Origin: Diplonema japonicum
Lineage: Eukaryota > Protista > Euglenozoa: Diplonemea
Length of the DNA stretch: 64,000 nucleotides
Direction of reading: 5' to 3'
Assembly (NCBI GenBank): GCA_964019335.1
Contig: OZ025685.1
Location: forward strand, 1-64,000
Within the stretch, counting starts at the first letter, position 1; each line of letters starts with the position of its first letter. Positions 44,443-55,800 of the stretch are shown piece after piece. The notes under the pieces were generated by a model. It did no database searches and was not told where the DNA came from. It was given only the letters and a program-made list of their open reading frames with translations. A program made the translations under genes and the position numbers.

Positions 44443-46019
44443 CATAGTGTCCAGGGTTAACCGATCACCTTCGGGTTTTGAAACCCGACCCGAGCAATTT
44501 TAGATTTTCGATCACAGTCGGGTTAATGATCGGTTTTTTTCTAATTTCGGATCGGTCTGATCGGTTTTTTTTAATTTCGGATCGGTTTGATCGATCCAAA
44601 ACCCATATTTCTGGCAAAAAATACCAAGACCATGCTCAAATTTTTTTTTTTTTCAAAAACCCTATTTTGACGATCTGAGCCCATTCCAGCCATTAAAACC
44701 CAAAATAGAGCCTTATTTAAGGCCTTAAATGCAGTTTTGAAAAAACTGGTTTCAGACCTGTAATTCTCCTGGGTCAGGGAGGTCCAAGTTAAAAACAACA
44801 GGATTTATGATCGGTTTGATCGATCCAAAACCCATATTTCTGGCAAAAAATACCAAGACCATGCTCAAAAATTCTTTTTTCTAAAAACCCTATTTTGACG
44901 ATCTGAGCCCATTCCAGCCATCAAAACCCAAAATAGAGCCTTATTTAAGGCCTTAAATGCAGTTTTGAAGCTCAGAAAGCTGCTCTCCCTGTTTTGCATG
45001 ACAGGGCCTTGTCGCTGCTGTATACGCAGCCTGTGGTAACAGCCGTGGACGCGGTGTTCTCCTCGATCGACGCCAAGTTCGGAGAGATGCCTCGCGTCCG
45101 CCTCACACCAGACGTACGAAGGCAGCTGTTGTTCTTGTACCTGAACCAGGACATCAGTGGTGCTCTGTCTTCGTCTGACAGGCACCACGTTCTCAGGCAC
45201 GCCGGGTTGCAAGCAGGGAGGTAAGAAATTGTGCGTTCATCGCTGTGTGCGTGCATTCAGTTCTCTGTGGGTGAACATCCTGCCTCAACGGGCACGCTTC
45301 CGTATGTCCCATGGAGCTTTTCAAGGCGCCCCCTTACTTTGTGCGTTGCTACTTCCCGTTCAAGTTTCAATGTTTTTCATTATTGACTTTCGTGCCCAGT
45401 TAAAAACCCGCCAAAAACAGGGAGAATGCCGATTTTCGGGAAAATAATCCTTTTCTAAGTTGTTTCGATGCAGGCGTTGTGTACCTGGGAGGTCCGGGAG
45501 ACGAATAGAAGGGTTATAAGTATGGTTGCATGCTCTCCTCCCGTTCTAATTATTGATTTTTGATTTCGCTCCTATTTAAACAGAAAAAAGAAGAAAAACC
45601 GCCAAAAAAAAGCGAAAAAACAGCTTTTCGGGAAAATAATCCTTTTCTAAGTCGTTTTGATGCTCCCTGGGGTCGGCTTTGTGTATCTGGGGGGCCCGGG
45701 GGATGAAACGAAGGGTTTTAAGCATGATTGCATGCTCTCCTCCTGTTTTAATTTTTTTTTTTTGATTTTCGATTTTTTTTGTTTTTTCGCTTTTAATTAA
45801 AAACCCGTCAAAAAAAGCGAAAAAACAGCTTTTCGAGAAAATAATCCTTTTCTAAGTCGTTTTGATGCTCCCTGGGGCCGGCTTTGTGTATCTGGGGGGC
45901 CCGGGATACGAATATAAGGGTTTTAAGCATGGTTGCATGCTCGCCTTTCATTTGACGTCAATTTAAAACCTGGTTGTAATTAAAAACCCGTGGGTGATTG
46001 GTTAACCCTGGATACTATG
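44443..46019 (+). mobile_element. Non-autonomous hAT-like DNA transposon (deletion derivative)
   Basis: ~40-bp imperfect TIRs (CATAGTGTCCAGGGTTAACCGATCACC / GGTGATTGGTTAACCCTGGATACTATG). Subterminal duplications: ~160 bp x2 on the left and ~190 bp x3 on the right. Internal remnant ALSLLYTQPVVTAVDAVFSS...RVRLTPDVRRQLLFLYLN resembles the hAT dimerisation domain. Confidence 0.8.
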
Positions 46020-46055
46020 ATTATTATTATTAATATTATTATTAGTTCGTGATTT

Positions 46056-46629
46056 CGTTCCCTGCCAAAAAACCCCTCCCTCCTTTTAAGACGGTACAGT
46101 GTATTGAAAAGAAAAAAAAATAAAAATAAAAAAGAAAAAGAAAAAAAAAAGAAAAAAAAAAAAACTATATAAATAAACAACAGAAAGAAAGAAAAACTAT
46201 TCAAGCCCCAACGACAAACAAAAACCGGCATGGGGACGGCTCGGGGCCGGTCGAAGGCAAGAGTCGCCCCGAAATCCTTAAGACGATCCTTCCTATTGAG
46301 GGGGATGCGCTACCAGGGGAAAGGAAAAAAGGTGGCCATGGGCAGGTCAGTCGAAGGAATATACTAGGGGGCCAAGAGGCAGACTGATTGCGCCATAGGC
46401 GATACAAAAGGAGTAGATTTTGACCAAGAAAGAATGGAACAATGGAATATCTGAAAGGAAGTATACACACACTCCCCTTACTGAATACCGTCTTGCTTCA
46501 CCCTGTGATTTGCCAGGCACAATTATGTCACCCTGTGCAACACAGACTTTTGATGTTTCAAACCTCTTTATCTTCTCTCCACCTTTTGTCTCCCCCACTG
46601 GCAGTGGAACAAATATTATTATTATTATT
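46056..46629 (+). mobile_element. 5'-truncated non-coding retroposon (element X) with an (ATT)n tail
   Basis: Bounded by AGTTCGTGATTT direct repeats; 46205-46400 is homologous to 47262-47450 of element Y; ends CTGGCAGTGGAACAAAT(ATT)n. Confidence 0.75.
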
Positions 46630-46643
46630 AGTTCGTGATTTAA

Positions 46644-46764
46644 GGGGTCGAATACACACACACACATGAAAATGTAAGCCCGACCCGAGTGTGTGTGGTG
46701 GCTGCCCACCTCCCTGTGGTGGCCCTGGGCAACGTGTACGCAAGGTGCACGGCTAAGAGGCAGC
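46644..46764 (+). ncRNA. HDV-like self-cleaving ribozyme (copy 1)
   Basis: P1 GGGGUCG/UGGCCCU (G1.U wobble); P2 GCUGCC/GGCAGC; P3 CAC/GUG; L3 CUCCCU; P1.1 CC/GG; P4 CGUGUAC/GUGCACG after GGGCAA; J4/2 GCUAAGA with putative catalytic C46753. Confidence 0.85.
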
Positions 46765-47948
46765 TTCCCTCTTGTTGCGTGGGGTGAGTCGTGTGGGGAC
46801 GCTGGACTCCTGGCCGAGCAAAACGAGGGAGGTGCTGGAGCGAAGACGGTCTGTTTGGCACAAGCCGCTATCGGGGCACCGGTAGCGGGGGAATAAGACC
46901 AACAGACTCGTTCTGAGCGAAGGCATCTCTCGAGTGGAGCGGAGCCGGGGGGGCGTTCGTGCTGATCCGGGTCCCGACCGGCCCTCTACTTCAACTATCC
47001 CTCTCCCAACCCCTTCCTTCCTCTCACGAGTTGGCCCTGCCGCTCCAACGCGCTGGTAGCCTGACGCCAGCGCCGACGACGACGACGACCGGGGCCCTCG
47101 AAATGGGCAACTTAAATGAGTAGAGTAGAGTCATTTCCCCCCCAAAAAAACCTCACCCGATGTCTCCTGTTCTGCTGCCAGGTCTTTTCTACCCCTTTTG
47201 ATTCAATATGAAGAAAGAGGATTATTTAAAAAAAAATTTTTTTTTTATATTTTTTTTCCTGCCCCACGACCCAACAAATCCAGTATGGGGATGGCCACGT
47301 GCTGGTTACGGTCTTGGTCACCCCGAAATCCATAGGACGTTCCCTCAATAGAGGGGGAAGCGCTGCTGGCGGGGAATGTGCGGAGTAGGCCGTGGAGCAC
47401 CAGTCAAAGGAATTTATTAGGGGGCAAGAACCAGACTGCGTGCTGCCACCGGTGTTCAATAAAAAAGAAAAAGGTGATTATAAGAGAAAGAAGAAAGGAA
47501 GAAGAGAAAGAAGGGGAGAACTGGAAAAAAGAAGGAAAGAAGAAAAGAAAAAATAGAGAAGAAAAGGAAAGGATGAGAAAGGATATATGAATGCCGAGGT
47601 ACTCACGCTCCTCTCTGTGGGCGAAAGGCTACACGGAACCTTGCTTGTAAAATTTTTATGAACTGATCCTTATAAAAAAGAATGAAGAAAGACCAGAAGG
47701 AGGGAGTGCTTTATTCCCCTTCCCCAAGGTGCTCTCTTGTCATCTTCATGTAGCGAAAGGCTGCTTGATACCTTTGATTACTTTTGCGATTTGGACTTAT
47801 TTTTTCTACTTTTCTCGAGCTCGGATTTTCAAGGCTCTCTTTTGGCATTTTCTTTCCCTTCCCCCCTTTCTTTTTGCACCCTTCTTTTTAAACCTTCTCT
47901 GGTGCACCCGATCTGGCAGTCGGAACATATATTATTATTATTATTATT
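46644..47948 (+). mobile_element. Full-length non-autonomous retroposon (element Y) with HDV-like ribozyme head and (ATT)n tail
   Basis: Lies between AGTTCGTGATTT repeats at 46630-46641 and 47949-47960; no long ORF; ends CTGGCAGTCGGAACATAT(ATT)n. Confidence 0.8.
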
Positions 47949-47971
47949 AGTTCGTGATTTCCGAGCCCACC

Positions 47972-48406
47972 AACAGCGACTCCCCCGGCCACCACCGCCT
48001 CGTCACCGGTGGCGAATGTCTCTCTCTCCCACCACTCAGTAGGAGGGATGAGGTCCTGATCATTCGGCTCCGGACCGGACACACGCCTTTGATGAGGGGG
48101 TACCTCCAGCTCAAGGGACCCCTGAGGGCTGAGGGGAGTCATCACCTCACCTGCCCCGCCTGCAACGTTCAATCACCGCTCGACGCTGATCACCTGCTGA
48201 GGGGCTGTCATTCTCTGGCTCCCACAGCTAAGTCCTTCTACGACACTGGGCTGCCGCTCCGCGCGCTGCTTTCCAAGCACTCCGCCGAGGTCTGCGCCTT
48301 CATCGAGGCCTCCGGGCTCTTATCATGGTCTGAGTGTGGGATCTTCCCCCCGGCCGACGCAGCACAAGGGTGATCGTGAGCCCATTATAGACCCCCCCCT
48401 ACCCCC

Positions 48407-48437
<31 letters not shown>

Positions 48438-48819
48438 ACTCACACGCAAATGGGCCAAGAAACAACCTCCCGGGAGGCAGCCACAGGGAAGGCCGGGAGG
48501 GCGCAGGGCGCAGCAAGAGAACGCCCCTGCGTTCAGCCTCGAGGGGACCGCCCCGAATGTAATCAGCCAGGTCGGCTGTCCCAGGAAGGGGGAACGGAGC
48601 ACCGAAGGGAAGGTTCAGCCCACGTGGTGGCCCTCTCGGTTACTCCAGACAAAAGACTGGACACACCCCACACCCCTCCCCCCCCACCCCCAGTTTCCCC
48701 CCAGTGGTTATTATTGCAAAAAAAATCCTCTTGGTTTGAAGTGATGTCCCATTCCCTTTCTCTACTCCCCTTCGATCCTCCCGCCTGGTAGTGGAATATT
48801 TATTATTATTCAAAAAAAA
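47972..48819 (+). mobile_element. 5'-truncated LINE 3' end (element Z) with a 13-bp TSD overlapping tRNA-Lys
   Basis: ORF remnant RRDEVLIIRLRTGH...CPAC...DHLLRGC...SGLLSWS is homologous to the C-terminus of ORF 49634-52771. TSD TTCCGAGCCCACC at 47959-47971 and 48820-48832. Confidence 0.85.
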
Positions 48820-48825
48820 TTCCGA

Positions 48826-48897
48826 GCCCACCTAGCTCAGCGGTAGAGCGTTGGACCTTTAATCCAATGGTCGTGGGTTCGATCCCCACGGTGGGTG
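48826..48897 (+). tRNA. tRNA-Lys(UUU) with atypical C33
   Basis: Cloverleaf: acceptor GCCCACC/GGTGGGT, anticodon arm TTGGA-CCTTTAA-TCCAA, T-arm GTGGG-TTCGATC-CCCAC; downstream T6 terminator. Confidence 0.88.
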
Positions 48898-48959
48898 CTT
48901 TTTTCTAAGGCAAGATTTTTCTATGGCAGCAAAAAACTGTTGCAGTTGGACAAAAAAAA

Positions 48960-49032
48960 CTCCCCCTGTTGGGTTCGAACCAACGACCTGCAGGTTAACA
49001 GCCTGACGCGCTACCGACTGCGCCAAGGGGGA
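48960..49032 (-). tRNA. tRNA-Asn(GUU)
   Basis: TCCCCCTTGGCGCAGTCGGTAGCGCGTCAGGCTGTTAACCTGCAGGTCGTTGGTTCGAACCCAACAGGGGGAG followed by T8. Confidence 0.93.
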
Positions 49033-49104
49033 TCTGGGCTTTAATTGGGACAAAAAACGATGGTGATCCGGATACCTAATATTGGGTGAAATTAAAAAGA
49101 AAAG

Positions 49105-49186
49105 TGACGAGAGTGGGGTTTGAACCCACGCCTCCGAAGAGATTGCGGCCTTAACGCAACGCCTTAGACCGCTCGGCCATCTCGCC
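49105..49186 (-). tRNA. tRNA-Leu(AAG)
   Basis: GGCGAGATGGCCGAGCGGTCTAAGGCG-TTGCG-TTAAGGC-CGCAA, long variable arm, GTGGGTTCAAACCCCAC, TCTCGTCA. Confidence 0.93.
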
Positions 49187-49191
49187 CTTAG

Positions 49192-52100
49192 TTTTTTTTT
49201 TTTTTTTTTTTTTTCAAAATACCAATGCAGGGCCGCCATGGAGAGCAACACCTGAGAAAAGGGTAAAAAAAAGGTGAAGGGAAACCATGGGGAAATAGGG
49301 AGGGCAAAGGACCAGGCTTCTGCAAGCAGGAGGAGCCCTGGTCCCCCACCAACCCGTGCTCTGCTTTGGGACAGCCGAAGAGGGCTGAATTACATTATTC
49401 CCTCAGTCAAGTGAGAGAAAAACGGGGGCCTACCTTCCAGCTGGATGTCCTTCTTTGGCTGGAACCTCCGGCGGAAAGCCCCCCAGGGAGGTATTGCTCC
49501 TATTGAGCGAATCATTGGTGAGTGTGAAAATAAGAAAAAGGGGAAATGGGAAACAGTGAGAGGAAGGGGAAGGAAGGGAAAGGAAAGTGGGAAACACAAC
49601 ATTCCATTTTACACACACTCGCGGGGCGATCCCTTAGCGCAGCACGGGGGCCGCGGGACCGGCGTCAAGAGAGACCGGAGGAGGGGGCGGCACGTTTGAA
49701 GGTGCAGTGACGTCAGCAGACGCCAGGGATGATGGCGAGGTGAACAGTCCGGAGCGAGACCAGGCGAGCAGGCCAGACTCAACAATGAGGTCGTAGATCT
49801 GGGTCACGCGTCTCGACAGGGAGAAGGCTAGGGAGGGAGTACCAGCAGGAGTGTCGATCGCCCCCCTCCCGATCACAGGGCACCCACCGACAACATGCTC
49901 CCTGGACATCGGCGCTGCGTGGCAGGCTGGGCACCGGAGCACACCCTTGTGCTTCCTGTTCGGGCCAGCGGTCTGCAGGAAGCCGAAGAAGAGAGCCGAG
50001 TGACCAATCCGCAGCCGCGAGATGACCGTTTCAGCTTGTCTGGGGAAGCCAAGGGGGAAGTGCGCGGACCGAAGCTCGGTCGCCACCGCGTAGTTGTGGG
50101 CGAGGGATGTTATGAGCTCCGCGGACCTCCGCACCACCCACCGTCGCACCAGGGCCCTCACTGATCGGTAGTCAAGGGAGGGCCTGTCCTGCTTCCGCTT
50201 CGTTCCCTCCACGGCCAGAGCGTCAGCCTTCTCGTTCCCGTCCACCCCACAGTGGGAGGGCACAAACTGGAGGACCACCGGTGTCCCCTGCGTGCGCGCC
50301 GCGGACACCAGCCGGCTCCACGTCTGGTGGTCGAGCTTCTCCCTCTGTCGCGTTGGGCCAGCTCGCAGCTGCTCGACGAGGGAGAGGGAGTCGGTGCAGA
50401 TCGACAGCGGGGACTTCGCCAGCGAAGGGTGTGTTTTTCGGAGGGTAGCCACCATATCCAGCGCCGTTTTTACAGCCATGCCCTCTGCCCGAAAAGATGA
50501 ACAGAAGTCGTTGACGCCATGGCACACAGACACAGGGGTCAGGGGGGGAGGCAGCTGCAGATGAACCCCAGAGCCACCTTTCGCCTTCTGTCCGACCTGT
50601 ACAACCGAGCCATCCGTGTAGGCATGGATGCCCGGGGGGAGAGCCGCAAGAGCAGCCTCGGCCGCCTTCCGCCTGTCTGTGTCTGGCGACGATCGCGTGA
50701 CCCCGCCGGGAAGGTCAGTTCTGAAGTCGACCATGCCTGTCTGCCACGGGGCCGCCAGGGGCGTAGCCGACAGGTACTCGAAGTGCACCTTTGGTTCCAA
50801 CCCGCATCGACGCAGTGCTTGGTAGCCAGAGCGCAGCCACCCACACCCCAGCCTGTTCGCCTGCTTCAGCTTGACCGTCTCCCTGTGAACCGGGGAAGAC
50901 TGCCAGCAGAAGGCCTTCGCCGTCATCGTCGCCGCAGCACCCTCCGCCATTCTTTCGAGGGGAAGCAGTCCTGCCTCTGCTAGGAGCTTGTACCCTCCGG
51001 AGCCACTCCAGCAGCCCGTGATCAGCACCGCCGCCTCCTGGTGAAGCCCAGCCAGGTCCTTCCTCCCGACCTCATCGAGCCTGCTGTAGTAGACCCCCAT
51101 GCAGTAGCGCAGCAGCGGGAGGATGTACGTAACGTAGAGAGACCGCAGAGTGTCCCTCTTGCTGCCCCAGGACGTGCCGGACAAGAGCTTCAGCACCCTC
51201 AGCCTTTTGCTGGCCCGCCGTAGGATGTCCTGCGCGTGTTCACCGAACGTGAGCCCAGAGTCCACCGTAACCCCAAGGTACCTCGCGTGTTCAGACAGAG
51301 GCAGGGGACGGGCCGCAACGTAGTCCACGTCGGGCCGTCGCACGGCTGCATGCATGTCCCGCACGCAGCGGATCCGCACACCACCCGCCTCCACAACCTG
51401 AAGGCCCGCCAGCTCCTGGTCCCCGGAGATCGTGCCATCGGCGTTCACCCCCAGGCCGAAGAGCGGGTTCTGGAAGGCACCTGGCTGAAGGGGGACTCGT
51501 GACGAAGTGAAGTGGACCCCGAGACGTTTCTGGGGGGGGACGCAGACTGCCTGCGTCTTGGACGTGCTCAGCAGCATGTCACGCTCCCTGCACCAGTCCT
51601 CAACCGCATCCACCACTGCCTGCGCCTTCCGCTCCAGCCCAGCCACGTCCCCTTGTCCAGAGGAGATCACAACCGCCACGTCGTCGGCGTAGAGCACCGA
51701 GACGTCCGCCAGTCCCTCCAGTCTCCTGGCGAGTTCGTCGACGTAGATGGTGTACAGGATGGGACCCAAGACAGAGCCCTGGGGGACACCCCGTCGCACC
51801 TTCGTCGTCGACCCCCTCGACCGTCCAATCGTGACCGCAGCAGTACGGCCGCATAGAAAGGACCGCGTCCACTCCACGAAGGGTTCGGGGAGACCCTTCC
51901 CTCGCATCTTGTCCAGCAGGGCACCATGGGGCACCAGGTCGAAGGCAGAAGAGAAGTCGAACAGCAGAGCGGCCGAGAGACGTCGATCGTCTTTGTTCCT
52001 CGACATGCACTCAGTGAGGGTTGCCACCTGCTCCTCCGTGGAGCGGCCGCGTCTGAAACCAGCCTGGCTGTCGTGGAGTCCCTCGACTCCCGTCCCGTCC

Positions 52101-52814
52101 GCGTCAAGAAGAAACGTGAGCCTCTCCTCGATCATCCTCTCCAGCAGCTTGCAGAGGCAGCTGGTCAGGCAGATCGGCCGGTAGGAAGCCAAGAGAGTCG
52201 CATCTTTTCCAGGTTTCGGTACCGGGACGATCACTCCCTTCTTCCAGGCACCGGGGACGACACCCATCAGCCAGGAGCGATTGAGGAGTAGAAGGAGGAC
52301 ACCGAGGGAGTCCGTGTTCAGGTGTAGGAGCATCTCCGAGAAGATTCCGTCTTCCCCGGCCGCGCTGCGCGTCTTCATCCTTCTCAGGCCGCGGGTGAGG
52401 TCGTCCACGGTGAACGCTTGACACCCGAGTCTGCTTGCAGAAGGAGCGGCGTCCTTCGAGTTCCCGTCACCACGCCTGCCGTAGAGCTTAGCGAAGTGCG
52501 CCCCCAGCCGGTCGGCCTTCGCCTTGTCCGACACAAATCTTCCCTCGAGTACAGGAAGGTGTGTCTTTCGGTGCCTGCCGTCCAGCTTCTTCACCGCTCT
52601 GAACGCAGCCCCGAGGTCCTTGCTCCGGCTGAGGTCGGCCGCCATCCTTCCCCATGCCTCACGCTTCGTCTCGTCAAGGAGTCGGTTGACTTCCTTCACC
52701 TTCGCCCTGTACTCCTCCACCACGTCGGAGCTCAGCAGTCCACCAGGGGGTCGGGCCACGTCGCATCCCACAGAGGGGAATGTGGTCGTTCGCCGCAGTC
52801 AAAAGGGCTTGTGG
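49192..52814 (-). mobile_element. 5'-truncated Ingi/I-like LINE (element A): RT, RNase H, Zn finger, 3'UTR, A23 tail
   Basis: ORF 49634-52771 carries SYRPICLTS, QAGFRRGRST, DFSSAFD, GVPQGSVLGP, YADD, YLGV, YTDGS, TDS, PSHCGVDGNEKADALA and CPAC..EHVVGGC; flanked by CTAAG on both sides. Confidence 0.93.
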
Positions 52815-52819
52815 CTTAG

Positions 52820-55800
52820 TTTTTTTTTTTTTTTTTTCAAAATACCAATAGGTGCCACCACGGGGGAGCAACACCTGGGAAGGGGAAAGGTGAAGGGAAG
52901 CATATGGAAATATTACAGGGAGGGCGAAGACCAGTTCTTCTGCAATCAGATGGAGCTGTGGACTCCGCCAACCCGTGCACCTGTTTGGAACAGCCGAAGA
53001 GGGCTGAATTACTTTAATTCCAAGCCGCGTAGACCTACGTGACTCGGACGGGGACCTTGACCCCAGTTCGTAGTTTTTCTCAACTGGGACCTCTGGTGAC
53101 CGGAACTGGCCCCGGTCGCCCCCTCGAGAGGGATTTGCTCCATTGAGCGAAACATGAAAGGGTGAGAGTAAAATCTCTCAAAATCAAAAGAGGAAGCGAG
53201 TGTGCGTGTGCGCATGGGGATGATAGGGGAAGTATTTGCTCTCCCCGCTGCACTCCGGCAGGCGGGGGGAGGGGATGGCCGTACCACACTCGTTCGTGCG
53301 AAGATGAGAGGACTCATCAGGGCAACTTCAGAGTAGGTCGGGCCATCCGTTTTTGACTACAATGTCAGGGCACACGGCAACAAGAGGATGTCAGACCTCT
53401 GCTGAATCTGGCGACGGACCAGGGCCCTGACCGACCTGTAGTCGAGAGAGGGGCGAGTCAGCTCGCGCTTCGTGCCTTCCCCGGCCAGCCTGTCTGCCGC
53501 CTCGTTGCCAGGAACCCCGCAGTGGGACGGCACAAACTGGAGAATGACTGGTGCACCTTGCGCACGTGCCGCGGCCACCAGCAGTTCCCAGGTCTCGTGG
53601 TCGAGCTTCTCCCTCTGCCGCGAAGGACCTGCCCTCAGCTGATCAAGGAGAGAGAGCGAGTCGGTACAGATCGACAGCCGGCTGTCTGCCAACGTGGGGT
53701 GCTCGCTCCGGAGCGCGGCCACCATGTCCAGAGCCACCTTGACAGCCAGACCCTCCGCCCGAAAGGAAGAGCAGAAATTGCTGACGCCGAAGCTCTCGGA
53801 CACGGGTTCGTGGGGGCGGGGGAGCTGCAAGTAGACCCCGGCACCGCCCCTCCACCTCTGGCGGTCCCGTACGACAGAACCATCCGTATAGGCATGGATG
53901 CCCGGTGGAAGGGCAGCCAGAGCCTCCACGGCCGCCTTCCGCTTATCCACGTCCGGCGACGAACGCGTGACCCTGCCGGGAAGGGCAGTTCTGAACTCCA
54001 CCAGGATCGCATGCCACGGTGCTACTTTGGGCGAGGCAGTGAGTAGCTCGAAGGTGTCGTACTTCCTGAAGCCTTCCTGCGTCGTCCATCCCTGCAGTCC
54101 GCAGCGCCGTAGCGCAAGGATACCCGCACGCAGCCACCCATTGCCCATACTGGTCATCCGCTTCTGCTCAAGGACCTCGCGGTGAACCGGGGAGGTCCTC
54201 CAGCAGAACGACTTCGCCGTCAACTCCGCCGCAGCTCCCTCAGCCATTCGGAGGGGTAGCAGTCCTGCCTCAGCAACAACCTTCGCCGTGCCCGAGCCGT
54301 GCCAACAACCCGAGATCAGCACCGCCGCTCTCTGGTGGAGCCCAACAAGCTGCTGTCCCTGAGCCTGCAAAGTAAACACCCATGCAGTACCGGAGTAGCG
54401 GGAGAACGTACGTGAGGTACAGAGATCGGAGCGTGGCCTTCTTGCTCCCCCAGGTCGTGCCCGACAGGAGCCTTAGAACCCTCAGCCTCTTGTCAGCGCG
54501 CTTCAGGACATCCCCCGCATGCTCGTCAAACGTGAGCCCAGAGTCTACAGTGACCCCAAGATACTTCGCCGACCCACACAGAGGTAGGGGGCGAGCCGCT
54601 ATGTAACCAATGTCGGACCTCCGGATGGCGGCGGGAATGTCGAAGGACCGTTTGCCACCCGCCTCCACGACCCGAAAGCCAGACAGCTCACGGACGCCAG
54701 ACAAGGTCCCACAGGCCCCAACCCCAAAATTAAGGACAGGGTCCTGGAAGGCCCCCGGGCAAAGCGGGACACGCGACGAAGAGAAGTAGACTTTAAGCCG
54801 CTTTTGATAGGGAACGCACACTGCCTGCGACTTGCTGGAGCTCAGCAGCATGCCCCGTCTCCCACACCAGCCCTCAACCGCGTCCATCACAGCCTGGGCC
54901 CCTCGCTCAAGACCAGCCAGGTCGCCCTGCCCGGCTGAGACCACCACCGCAACATCGTCGGCATAAAGAACCGACAGGTCCGCCATCCCAACCAGCAACC
55001 TGGCTAGCTCGTCGACGTAGATGGTGTAAAGGACGGGTCCCAGCACAGACCCTTGGGGCACCCCTCTCCTCACCTTCGTCGTCGACCCGCGCGAACGACC
55101 CACCGTGACCGCTGCCGTACGACCGCAGAGGAAGGAGCGCGTCCATTCGACGAAGGGCTCAGGGATCCCCTTCCTCCGCATCATGCCCAGGAGAGCTTCG
55201 TGCTGAACCAGGTCAAACGCAGATGAGAAGTCAAACAGCAGGGCAGCCGACAGACGTCGACTGTCTTTGTTCCTCGACAGACACCCGGTCAGGGACGCCA
55301 CCTGCTCCTCCGTGGAGCGGCCCCTCCTGAAACCAGCCTGGCTATCGTGGAGACCCTCAACGCCCGACGCGCTAGAGTCTAGGAGAAAGGTAAGCCTCTC
55401 CTCTATCATCCTCTCAAGCAGCTTACAAAGACAGCTAGTGAGACATATGGGACGGTACGATGCAAGCAACGTGGCGTCCTTCCCTGCCTTCGCCATGGGA
55501 ACAATCACCCCCTTCTTCCAGGCACCCGGCACAATCCCCGCCTGCCATGAGCGATTGAGGAGCAGAAGTAGAACCCCGAGCGAGGGTTGGTCGAGGTGGA
55601 GAAGCATCTCCGCGAAGATGCCATCATCACCCGCTGCACTGCGTGTCTTCATCCTTCCCAGACCGCGGGTGAGATCATACACCGTAAAGGCGTGGCACCC
55701 AAGCACGTTCGTCGAAGGAGCTACGTCCACCGCGTCCCCATCACCACCCTGGCCGTAGAGCTTGCCGAAGTGAGCCCCCAGGCGGTCGGCTTTCGCCTTG

